From Minisyncoccota bacterium (GTDB taxonomy: Bacteria; Patescibacteriota; Minisyncoccia; Phycocordibacterales; JABMNX01): DNA of 64,000 bases. A model generated the notes under the pieces. The model searched no databases, had not been told where the DNA came from, and worked only from the letters and a program-made list of their open reading frames with translations. Below are positions 56,832 to 64,000 of the stretch, piece by piece. Location of the stretch: assembly GCA_965222715.1 (NCBI GenBank), contig OZ244961.1, positions 204,609 to 268,608 on the forward strand, read 5' to 3'. Numbering within the stretch: the first letter of the stretch is position 1; each line of letters begins with the position of its first letter. The position numbers and the translations under genes were made by a program.

Positions 56832-57863
56832 ATGTATACTCCAGAGCCTCAAGAATTCTCACTACGTACTCGTCTATATGCGCTGTACGTAAATGTATTT
56901 AAAATTCTTTTCGGCACACCACAAAAAAAAGCAATTTCATTCTCAATTATACTTATTGTTTTTGCGTTGTATGTAGGCTTGTATCGAGCGCCCGCTCATT
57001 TCCCAGCACAAGAAATCCTTGAGGTACGTGAAGGAATGACTATTGAAGAGGTGACGCAGTATTTTAAAGAAGAAGGAGTTATACGTTCACCGTTTTTATT
57101 TCGTAGTGCAGTTATTATTCTTGGAGGGGATAGAGGTGCACTTGCAGGAGAATATTATTTTGATAAACACATAGGTGCATTTTCTGTTGCGTATCGAGTA
57201 ACGCAAGGAATTTTTGGAATTGATCCTGTGCGTGTACAAATACCTGAAGGATTCACTATTGAGCAAATTGCAGAGCGACTTGATGTTCTTTTGGATGAAG
57301 ATTTTGATGCAGAACTATTTCTCTCTTATGCTCGAGCAGAGGAAGGGTATCTGTTTCCTGATACATACTACTTACCGCCAAACACGAGTGAGCTTGCAGT
57401 AGTTCGCACTATGAAAGATACGTTTGATGCTCGTATTCAAGAGATACAAGAAAGCATTACTACTTCAGGGAGATCGCTAGAAGATATTGTAACTATGGCC
57501 TCTATCATTGAACGTGAGGCAGATGAGCGTTTCGAGACGAAACAAAATGTATCAAGTGTATTATGGAACCGTATTGATATTGGTATGGCACTTCAAGTTG
57601 ACGCTGCCTTTGTTTACTTTCTTGGAAAGGGAACAGCAGAACTTACGTTAGAAGACTTACAAATTGATTCACCATATAACACCTATGTTAATACTGGTCT
57701 TACGCCAACACCAATTTCAAATCCAGGACTAGATTCATTGAAAGCGGCAGCTACTCCAGCTGAGACAGAATACTTCTATTATCTTACTGGGAACAATGGC
57801 ATAACCTACTTTAGTGAAACCTTTGATGAGCATGTGCGTAAGAAAGCTCTGTACTTAAACTAG
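56832..57863 (+). CDS. mltG: endolytic murein transglycosylase MltG (YceG-like)
   Basis: N-terminal TM, YceG fold motifs. Confidence 0.85.
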   Translation: MYTPEPQEFSLRTRLYALYVNVFKILFGTPQKKAISFSIILIVFALYVGLYRAPAHFPAQEILEVREGMTIEEVTQYFKEEGVIRSPFLFRSAVIILGGDRGALAGEYYFDKHIGAFSVAYRVTQGIFGIDPVRVQIPEGFTIEQIAERLDVLLDEDFDAELFLSYARAEEGYLFPDTYYLPPNTSELAVVRTMKDTFDARIQEIQESITTSGRSLEDIVTMASIIEREADERFETKQNVSSVLWNRIDIGMALQVDAAFVYFLGKGTAELTLEDLQIDSPYNTYVNTGLTPTPISNPGLDSLKAAATPAETEYFYYLTGNNGITYFSETFDEHVRKKALYLN

Positions 57864-57883
57864 TGTTGTGATATAACGGTGCT

Positions 57884-58948
57884 GTGAAAAATAAAGAGAT
57901 ACAAGATACAACAGTGTTTGTAGGCATTTCAGGTGGTGTGGACTCATCTGTTTCTGCTGCACTGTTGAAAGATCAGGGATACAACGTAGTTGGTGTATTT
58001 ATTAAGGTATGGCACCCGGACTTTTTAGCGTGCGATTGGGAACAAGAACGATTAGATGCCATGCGTGTGTGCGTACGTCTTGATATACCGTTCCTCACAC
58101 TTGATTTAGAGAAAGAGTATAAAGAGCATGTTGCTGATTACCTTATTTCAGAATACAAAGCCGGGAGAACACCCAATCCAGATATTATGTGTAATAAGCA
58201 TGTAAAGTTTGGTAGTTTTCTTCAGTTTGCACAAGAAAGGGGAGCTAATTACATTGCAACGGGACATTATGCGCGTATCAAAGAAACTAGTGGTGTATAT
58301 CAACTGTATTCAGGAGTTGATAGCAATAAAGACCAGTCGTATTTCCTATGGACACTTACCCAGGAAGAGCTGAAACATACCCTCTTTCCCGTTGGAGAAT
58401 TAAAAAAGGAAGAGGTGCGTAGAAAGGCAAAACAGTATGGACTTTTTACATCACAGAAGAAAGACAGCCAGGGGATTTGTTTTCTTGGTAATATTGATAT
58501 GCAAGAATTTCTTCCACACTACATTAGTACTGTGCCAGGTAATGTCTTAAATACAGAAGGGGAAGTAGTGGGGACTCATACTGGTGCTCTTATGTATACC
58601 ATTGGACAGAGGCACGGATTTGAAATTACTGAAAAAACAACTGAACGAACTCCATACTACATTGTCTCTAAAGATATAGAGAAGAATACTCTTACTGTCT
58701 CGCACAATCCTAAAGATGAATCTTTTACTACGTCACAGGTAGAATTATGTTCAATTAATTGGATAGATACACCTCCTGTAAAAGATACAAAATATCAAGC
58801 GCGATATCGTCATCTGGGAGAGTTCCATGACTGCTCTGTTGAAGAAAAGACAGTTTTCTTTAGTGAAGCACAGTATGGTATTGCACAAGGGCAGTCGCTT
58901 GTTTTGTATGACAAAGGCAGATGTGTTGGTGGGGGTATTATTGAATAA
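57884..58948 (+). CDS. mnmA: tRNA 2-thiouridine(34) synthase MnmA
   Basis: PP-loop SGGVDSS, GTG start. Confidence 0.9.
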   Translation: MKNKEIQDTTVFVGISGGVDSSVSAALLKDQGYNVVGVFIKVWHPDFLACDWEQERLDAMRVCVRLDIPFLTLDLEKEYKEHVADYLISEYKAGRTPNPDIMCNKHVKFGSFLQFAQERGANYIATGHYARIKETSGVYQLYSGVDSNKDQSYFLWTLTQEELKHTLFPVGELKKEEVRRKAKQYGLFTSQKKDSQGICFLGNIDMQEFLPHYISTVPGNVLNTEGEVVGTHTGALMYTIGQRHGFEITEKTTERTPYYIVSKDIEKNTLTVSHNPKDESFTTSQVELCSINWIDTPPVKDTKYQARYRHLGEFHDCSVEEKTVFFSEAQYGIAQGQSLVLYDKGRCVGGGIIE

Positions 58949-58953
58949 AAAAT

Positions 58954-58979
58954 AAACGCCAAGAGTACTCTTGGCGTTT
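58954..58979. terminator. terminator hairpin AAACGCCAAGAGTACTCTTGGCGTTT (family copy 4)
   Basis: identical to 15398-15423. Confidence 0.6.
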
Positions 58980-59004
58980 ATTGTGGCTCTAAACAGCCAC
59001 AGTT

Positions 59005-59032
59005 TTGCATATACAGTTGAACATACTATTAT
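59005..59032 (+). promoter_or_regulatory. sigma70-like promoter TTGCAT-16-TATTAT abutting the ATG (leaderless mRNA predicted)
   Basis: -10 ends 1-7 nt before ATG 59033/59039; preceded by CCACAGTTTTGCAT box related to 14034 and 15474. Confidence 0.45.
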
Positions 59033-59038
59033 ATGTGT

Positions 59039-59899
59039 ATGAATAGAGTGGTGCAGATTACTAAAGCCGACGGTACACAAGAAGCTTTTGACCCCCAAAA
59101 ACTTGAGCAGTCTCTAAGGCGTGCTGGGGCAACCTCTTCTGTTATCACGGATATTGTTCAAAAGATAACTTCCGAACTTAAAGAAGGAATGACAACAAAA
59201 AAGATTTATCAGCGGGCATTTGCACTCCTTCGTAGAAAAGAACACACTCCTGTTGCAGCAAAATATTCACTTAAAAAAGCGGTTTTTGATCTTGGGCCAA
59301 GCGGCTTTCCATTTGAGGACTTTGTTGCAGAGATTTTTAGAGCACGAGGGTACAGCGTGACAGTGGGGAGTGTTCTTAAGGGAAAGTGTGCTGAGCACGA
59401 AGTTGATATTGTTGCACATGCTTCACCCGAAAAGAATAAGGACTCGTTTGGTGGTGAAGTTAAATTTCATAACCACCCTGGAGTAAAAACTGATTTAAAA
59501 GATGCACTCTACGTGCATGCGCGTTTTGAAGACCTCTCAGGTACTGCTCGCACTTCAGAAGGAAGTACCATTGTCTCAGGGAAACTCATTACCAACACTA
59601 AGTTTACTGAGAATGCTATCAAGTACGGTGAGTGTGTCGGACTTTCATTGCTAGCATGGGACTATCCCGCGAAAGGAAATCTTTTTGAACTCATTGGTGA
59701 GACAGGGCTGCATCCGCTTACTTGTTTAACTACACTACCAAAGCGAGATGCTAAACGACTGCTTGAAAATAAAATTGTATTGTGTCGATCAGTTAAGAGT
59801 AATCCTAGTATTTTAGAAGAATTTGGTGTTTCTCGGAAAAAAATACCAGATATTCTCAATGAAATAAGCGCCTTGTGTCAACCAGGTGCTGGAGTGTAA
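59039..59899 (+). CDS. ATP-cone domain fused to Mrr-cat/PD-(D/E)xK restriction-endonuclease-like domain
   Basis: N-terminal ATP-cone (VVQITKADGTQEAFD...KK..R); C-terminal FEDFVAEIF...EHEVDIVAH...GEVKF nuclease motif. Confidence 0.6.
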   Translation: MNRVVQITKADGTQEAFDPQKLEQSLRRAGATSSVITDIVQKITSELKEGMTTKKIYQRAFALLRRKEHTPVAAKYSLKKAVFDLGPSGFPFEDFVAEIFRARGYSVTVGSVLKGKCAEHEVDIVAHASPEKNKDSFGGEVKFHNHPGVKTDLKDALYVHARFEDLSGTARTSEGSTIVSGKLITNTKFTENAIKYGECVGLSLLAWDYPAKGNLFELIGETGLHPLTCLTTLPKRDAKRLLENKIVLCRSVKSNPSILEEFGVSRKKIPDILNEISALCQPGAGV

Positions 59900-59942
59900 A
59901 ATGGACCATATTAGTAAATACACCAATAAAGACGTCAGCATG

Positions 59943-60470
59943 GAAAAAGTAAACCGAAACACTATCATTTCATTCATTATTGGTGTCATTGTGGGCCTCT
60001 TTGTTTTTTGGTTGTGGAGCGCAACGATGAATCAACTTCAGGTACGAAACACTGAAGAAACTAACTTAGAGTACAGCACTGAGGTTAGTGAAGACACAAC
60101 TCCTCAAGATACGGAAACAAGTGACATTATTAACACACCAGCACCTCAGCTCCGTAGTGATGCGATTGTGGTACAAAACCAAGCCGCCGGTTCACAAGTG
60201 GTAGTAACCCGTGCAGTGTTTGATGAATCTGGGTGGGTAGTTGTTCACGAAGGAAATGGTGAACAGATTGGAAATGCTCTTGGTGCATTACGTTTTGATG
60301 AAGGTGAGCATAGTGGTGTTGTTGAATTACTTCGTGCCACAGAGGAGGGTGAAGTGTACTGGGCAGTTCTGTATCGAGACAATGGAGATAAAGAATTTAG
60401 TCTGGAGACTGATTTCCCATTCATTCGAGAAGGCAATCAACCAGTACTCACTACCTTTCGAGCACTGTAA
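59943..60470 (+). CDS. membrane-anchored hypothetical protein (acidic ectodomain)
   Basis: TM after MEKVNRN; start uncertain (59886/59901/59943). Confidence 0.4.
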   Translation, partial: EKVNRNTIISFIIGVIVGLFVFWLWSATMNQLQVRNTEETNLEYSTEVSEDTTPQDTETSDIINTPAPQLRSDAIVVQNQAAGSQVVVTRAVFDESGWVVVHEGNGEQIGNALGALRFDEGEHSGVVELLRATEEGEVYWAVLYRDNGDKEFSLETDFPFIREGNQPVLTTFRAL

Positions 60471-60491
60471 ATACTATACTTAGAACAATGG

Positions 60492-60612
60492 ATCCCGTTA
60501 GAGACCGCGGTCACATAAGGTATAATCAAGAAGTATGAAAAAAGGTCGAACAAAAGTTTATAAAATAATTCTCGTACAGGGCGCTGAGATCGCAACCTGT
60601 CTCTAACGGGAT
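60492..60612. repeat. 14-bp perfect inverted repeat ATCCCGTTAGAGAC ... GTCTCTAACGGGAT bracketing a 93-bp AT-rich segment that contains TATAAT (60521-60526) and ends on the mgtC start codon
   Basis: read directly from sequence. Confidence 0.5.
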
Positions 60613-61120
60613 GGAACCATTTTTCTCTGGATCACTTCTCATACTCTTTGGACAACTAGTCCTCGCCGCATTTCTTGGGATGGTGTTGGGTACTGAACGC
60701 TCAGTAATCGCTGATAAGCGAGCGGGGACACGAACATATGCTCTTGTTTCCCTTGGTGCCTGTCTATTTTCAGTTGTCTCATTAAGTGTAACCACTGGAT
60801 ATCTTGGGTTGGTGAGTTTTGATCCTATGCGTGTTGCAGCAGGAATTATTACTGGTATTGGATTTCTCGGTGCCGGAATTATTATTTTTCAAGACAATAA
60901 GTTGCAAGGTCTTACTACTGCTGCTGGTCTATGGGTCGCAGCAGGTATTGGAGTTGCGGTTGCCTATAGCATGTATGCTATTGCAATTTTCACCACCATC
61001 GTGACACTGTGTATTTTCACAGTACTATGGTTTGTTGAGAATCGACTTGATGATGTGATTGATACACGGAATAAACTTCGATTTGTTAAAAACAAAAATA
61101 CAGAAGAGCGAAGAGATTAA
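60611..61120 (+). CDS. mgtC: MgtC/SapB family membrane protein
   Basis: LGMVLGTERS...GLVSFDPMRVAAGIITGIGFLGAGIIF MgtC signature. Confidence 0.8.
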   Translation: MEPFFSGSLLILFGQLVLAAFLGMVLGTERSVIADKRAGTRTYALVSLGACLFSVVSLSVTTGYLGLVSFDPMRVAAGIITGIGFLGAGIIIFQDNKLQGLTTAAGLWVAAGIGVAVAYSMYAIAIFTTIVTLCIFTVLWFVENRLDDVIDTRNKLRFVKNKNTEERRD

Positions 61121-61131
61121 TATAAGAATAT

Positions 61132-61446
61132 ATGATACTTACAACAACAGAAATGGTGCCACACAAAGAAGTTGCTGAAGTACTCGGTATTGCGCGGGGA
61201 AGTACCGTTCGTGCACGTAATATTGGTCGAGATATTCTTGCAGTACTTAAGGCAATTGTCGGTGGAGAAATAGAAGAGTACACCAAGCTACAAGCATTTT
61301 CTCGTGAGCAGGCGCTTGAGCGAATGCAACAGGACGCGGAGAAACTTGGTGCTGACGCAGTTATAAACGTGCGTATCACTACATCAGTCATTATGGGTGG
61401 AGCTGCTGAAATACTCGCTTACGGCACTGCAGTAAAACTTAAGTAA
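61132..61446 (+). CDS. ybjQ: YbjQ/UPF0145 (DUF74) family protein
   Basis: 104 aa, GGEIEEY...AVINVRI signature. Confidence 0.8.
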   Translation: MILTTTEMVPHKEVAEVLGIARGSTVRARNIGRDILAVLKAIVGGEIEEYTKLQAFSREQALERMQQDAEKLGADAVINVRITTSVIMGGAAEILAYGTAVKLK

Positions 61447-61449
61447 GTT

Positions 61450-61569
61450 ATGTGGGGCCTTATTTTCACACTTCTGTTCTGGGGAGTCATTGGCCTCATT
61501 CTTATATACTTACTCATACGGCGCATTCGTATACGTAAAGAAGAACGGTTCGAAGAGCGCGATAATTAA
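61450..61569 (+). CDS. tiny single-TM ORF (39 aa) translationally coupled to ybjQ
   Basis: MWGLIFTLLFWGVIGLILIYLLIRRIRIRKEERFEERDN; ATG 3 nt after ybjQ stop; speculative. Confidence 0.2.
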   Translation: MWGLIFTLLFWGVIGLILIYLLIRRIRIRKEERFEERDN

Positions 61570-61575
61570 AAAAAG

Positions 61576-61604
61576 AAACCCGCGGTGCTTTGTATGGCGG
61601 GTTT
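61576..61604. terminator. bidirectional terminator hairpin AAACCCGC...GCGGGTTT between convergent genes
   Basis: 8-bp perfect stem with A-run before and T-run after. Confidence 0.5.
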
Positions 61605-61627
61605 TAGGTTGAGAAAGAATATTATTA

Positions 61628-62284
61628 TTAAGAAGCTTGCGCTATGGCCCATTTTAGATTGTCTTGGGCCAAAGGTTCCAGGTGGGCGAAGTGCTTTGTC
61701 TTGAAGACCTTCGGACGCGAGAGTAGCATCTCTGCAAACTTCCCACGGCCGACTGACCACGCCTCTTCGTCGAGACCAAACTCCTCACGGAGGAGTTCAC
61801 CTGTTTCGATGAAGTCCTTGCGGACATCGCCGAAGCCAGAGAGGTCGACATCGAGCACAACAGCCAGGTCATTCATATTCCCTGGAAACTTGTCGGGAAG
61901 CAAATGACCATTGGTTGCTCGGATGATGGCGGCGGCTCGCTTGATGACGATCGCATCCACCTTGTCCGCCAGTGCCTCAACGACCTGTGCGCTCCGCTCC
62001 TCGTTCTCGCCTTGGTTCACCGTAGTGAGGTAGACGATATCGTGATGGAGCCATGCAAACATGGTGCTCACTGGGTCGTCGAGCTCGTCCCACAGCGCAA
62101 GAAGCTTCTTACAGCCATCCTCAATGTGGGCGAGTGTATGGTAACGTCGCCACGGCTCAGAGTACGCATCAATGAGTTTCTGCACGTACGTGAGATCCAG
62201 TTCAAACTGGAGACCACGGCGCTTCGCTTCTTTTTGGGTGACCACAAAGGCACCAAAGAGGGTAGTGCTCATGTTGGTAGACAT
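61628..62284 (-). CDS. HD-superfamily metal-dependent phosphohydrolase (COG4339-like), GC-rich
   Basis: YHTLAHIEDG...WLHHDIVY motifs; AAAGGAGA RBS before ATG 62284 (track start 62392 is an upstream alt start). Confidence 0.55.
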   Translation of the reverse strand: MSTNMSTTLFGAFVVTQKEAKRRGLQFELDLTYVQKLIDAYSEPWRRYHTLAHIEDGCKKLLALWDELDDPVSTMFAWLHHDIVYLTTVNQGENEERSAQVVEALADKVDAIVIKRAAAIIRATNGHLLPDKFPGNMNDLAVVLDVDLSGFGDVRKDFIETGELLREEFGLDEEAWSVGRGKFAEMLLSRPKVFKTKHFAHLEPLAQDNLKWAIAQAS

Positions 62285-62394
62285 AACAGTCTCCTTTCTG
62301 CCTAAGTTGGAAAGAACATTTCTAGTGAAGTCTGATTCCATTTTCCTGTGAGAGTGCACTTTGTTCAATAATATATTATAATGACTATACAATT

Positions 62395-63159
62395 ATGGAC
62401 TCGCCTGAAATACTTCTTAAAAAACTCGGACTCTCAGACTCAGAAGCGCTGGTGTATGTGGCGATGCTTGAGGGGCACCTTAAGGTGAAAGACATCATGC
62501 AGATTACAGGTATGAAGCGACCGTCTGTGTACTACGCAATATCTCAGCTCATGCGACGTGGACTTATCGGCCGCATTCAAGTTGGTGAGTACAATCAGTG
62601 GAAGGTTAGTCCGCTCTCTCGTCTTGAGGAGATGCTTAATGAGAAACAGGAGGATTTAGATACACTTTCAAACGACCTTACGGCGTTTATCGATTCATCA
62701 GGAAATAAGGTAAGTGAGAGCGAGAATGCAAAAGTGACGTACTACGAAGGTAAGCGAAGTATTCAAGCGATGGTGTTTAATAGTTTGTATTGTAAAGACA
62801 AGCAAATTCTCTCAATCGCACCATCAGACAATTTCTTCTTTCAGGCGGGCAAGGAGTTTGCAACAAAGTACGTGAGCGAACGAAAGCGACGAGGTATTCG
62901 GACACGAAACCTTTGGGAAGAGCTCCTTGAACCAAAGATTCTCCAAGAGACGTATAAGAATATGTCTGAGATTCGTATTCTACCCAAAGAGATGCGGGGT
63001 AAGTTCACTACGACCGTCTTTATTTACGATCATATTGTGATGTATATCGCACCGTTTAAGAGCAACTACGCTGTTACCTTTGAATCAGCCGAACATCGCA
63101 AAATGCTCACCGCCATGTTTGAAACCATCTGGACCGCCTCCAAGCCCGCATTTAAGTAG
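62395..63159 (+). CDS. TrmB-family (sugar-specific) transcriptional regulator
   Basis: N-terminal winged HTH ...EALVYVAMLEGHLKVKDIMQITGMKRPSVYYAISQLMRRGLI. Confidence 0.6.
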   Translation: MDSPEILLKKLGLSDSEALVYVAMLEGHLKVKDIMQITGMKRPSVYYAISQLMRRGLIGRIQVGEYNQWKVSPLSRLEEMLNEKQEDLDTLSNDLTAFIDSSGNKVSESENAKVTYYEGKRSIQAMVFNSLYCKDKQILSIAPSDNFFFQAGKEFATKYVSERKRRGIRTRNLWEELLEPKILQETYKNMSEIRILPKEMRGKFTTTVFIYDHIVMYIAPFKSNYAVTFESAEHRKMLTAMFETIWTASKPAFK

Positions 63160-63243
63160 ACATTTCTAATAAAATATTGTATAGTCTCTTCAGACTAGGA
63201 GACTATTTCTTAACGCAAATAGACATGTTACGGAGGTTTTGAA

Positions 63244-63792
63244 ATGACTGACACTGAAGTGTGGCCTGCTCAAGCTGAGCAGGATAAGGTTTCTGTGGAA
63301 ATCATCCTTGAAGGTGTCTCCGACTGGCGAGAACTCTTTCAGGAAGTCGTGGAACTGGGAAAGCCGTGGAACGAATGGTGTGGCGCAGACAAGGTACCGC
63401 ACCTGGACGTCTGCCGCAAGGTCGCCGAGGTCAACGACGTGAGTCTCGAAAGGGTGGTTCTCGGCCGGCTCATCGACTTCGGATATATCCTCGAAGAGCT
63501 CGAAGTGACATTCGATCACGATGAGCGTTCTGGATGGGGGTTGTGCGTCTGGCACAAAGAGCATCCCTCGTACGAGGACCCGGGCGAAGAACGCCTGGAG
63601 CTCTTTCCGGACCAAAAGGGTAATCCTCGGTTCTTCAGTATTGTCTACTCGGTCTTTACGACTGAGCACGCTGGGGAACAGACTACCGGGATCCTCTCGA
63701 CTCAGGTCGGAGGCGGGTTTCTCTTCCATAAGACCCTCATCTTCCATCGCGTCCGTTTCTCTGCCCCCAAAAAGGCGGCAAAGGTCGCATAG
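63244..63792 (+). CDS. acidic hypothetical protein (182 aa), GC-rich (~57%)
   Basis: GGAGG RBS; chosen over mirror ORF 63190-63852(-). Confidence 0.4.
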   Translation: MTDTEVWPAQAEQDKVSVEIILEGVSDWRELFQEVVELGKPWNEWCGADKVPHLDVCRKVAEVNDVSLERVVLGRLIDFGYILEELEVTFDHDERSGWGLCVWHKEHPSYEDPGEERLELFPDQKGNPRFFSIVYSVFTTEHAGEQTTGILSTQVGGGFLFHKTLIFHRVRFSAPKKAAKVA

Positions 63793-63860
63793 TCGAACAA
63801 CAAGAACACAAACTCTAGCGGCTCTCTGAGTCGCTTTATTTTTTTGATACAATTCTTATA

Positions 63861-64000
63861 TGAATGGTAAATATAAAGGAACAATTATTGAAGAGAGTCT
63901 ATCTGATAAAAGTGTTATCGATGAACTTGAGGTCACACATACATATACAGAAGAAGACCAAGATAATCCTGAAAGGACGTGGCATCTTTACACTGTTTTA
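63861..64000 (+). CDS. hypothetical protein, 3' partial (runs off window)
   Basis: MNGKYKGTIIEESLSDKSVIDELEVTHTYTEEDQDNPERTWHLYTVL... Confidence 0.3.

Noticed and set aside
60492-60612. M-box (Mg2+) riboswitch upstream of mgtC
   Set aside because: Too short (~120 nt against ~160 nt) and lacks the conserved M-box GUUAGGUGAGGCUCC and other core blocks. Kept instead as an inverted-repeat element.
63190-63852. 220-aa minus-strand ORF mirroring 63244-63792
   Set aside because: Arg/Leu/Ser-rich mirror ORF in GC-rich DNA. The plus-strand ORF has a GGAGG RBS and a protein-like composition.
1-64000. Search for rRNA, tmRNA, RNase P RNA, CRISPR arrays, IS transposases and integrases
   Set aside because: No characteristic motifs were seen by eye. 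The only T-loop GGTTCGA-type motifs belong to the two tRNAs. No direct-repeat arrays and no DDE or tyrosine-recombinase-like ORFs were found.

Overview
Low-GC (about 40%) bacterial chromosomal segment with a dense, mostly plus-strand gene set. The reduced genes (short DnaX, UvrC without the HhH tail), a type IV pilin and many small DUF and membrane proteins suggest a small-genome CPR/Patescibacteria-like organism, but lineage cannot be proven from the sequence alone. Housekeeping content: relA/spoT (5' partial), topA, dprA, serS, ftsQ-like, dus, dnaX, tRNA-Gln, an ABC-2 exporter pair, tgt, a clustered uvrB-uvrA-(small ORF)-uvrC locus, ddl, tRNA-Ala, ychF, leuS, mltG, mnmA, mgtC and ybjQ. Accessory content: a copper-homeostasis island (csoR with its operator, DUF305, DUF411, DUF302, a CopB-type P1B ATPase), a sugar-utilisation cluster (GH1, DMT transporter, GH5-like, SIS, ROK kinase), a two-component RND efflux pair, and an AT-rich patch (39.0-43.2 kb) carrying short intergenic repeats. 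The features not explained by protein genes are listed here. (1) Two copies of a ~170-nt structured leader with compensatory base changes in three helices plus a conserved terminator hairpin, which is a candidate new cis-regulatory RNA. (2) A 26-nt terminator hairpin family in 4 copies. (3) A ~60-nt intergenic repeat family in 5 copies. (4) A 14-bp perfect inverted repeat that brackets the mgtC promoter and start codon. (5) Several GC-rich (55-60%) small genes embedded in the low-GC background, some with hairpin clusters. No rRNA, CRISPR array, transposase or integrase was seen.
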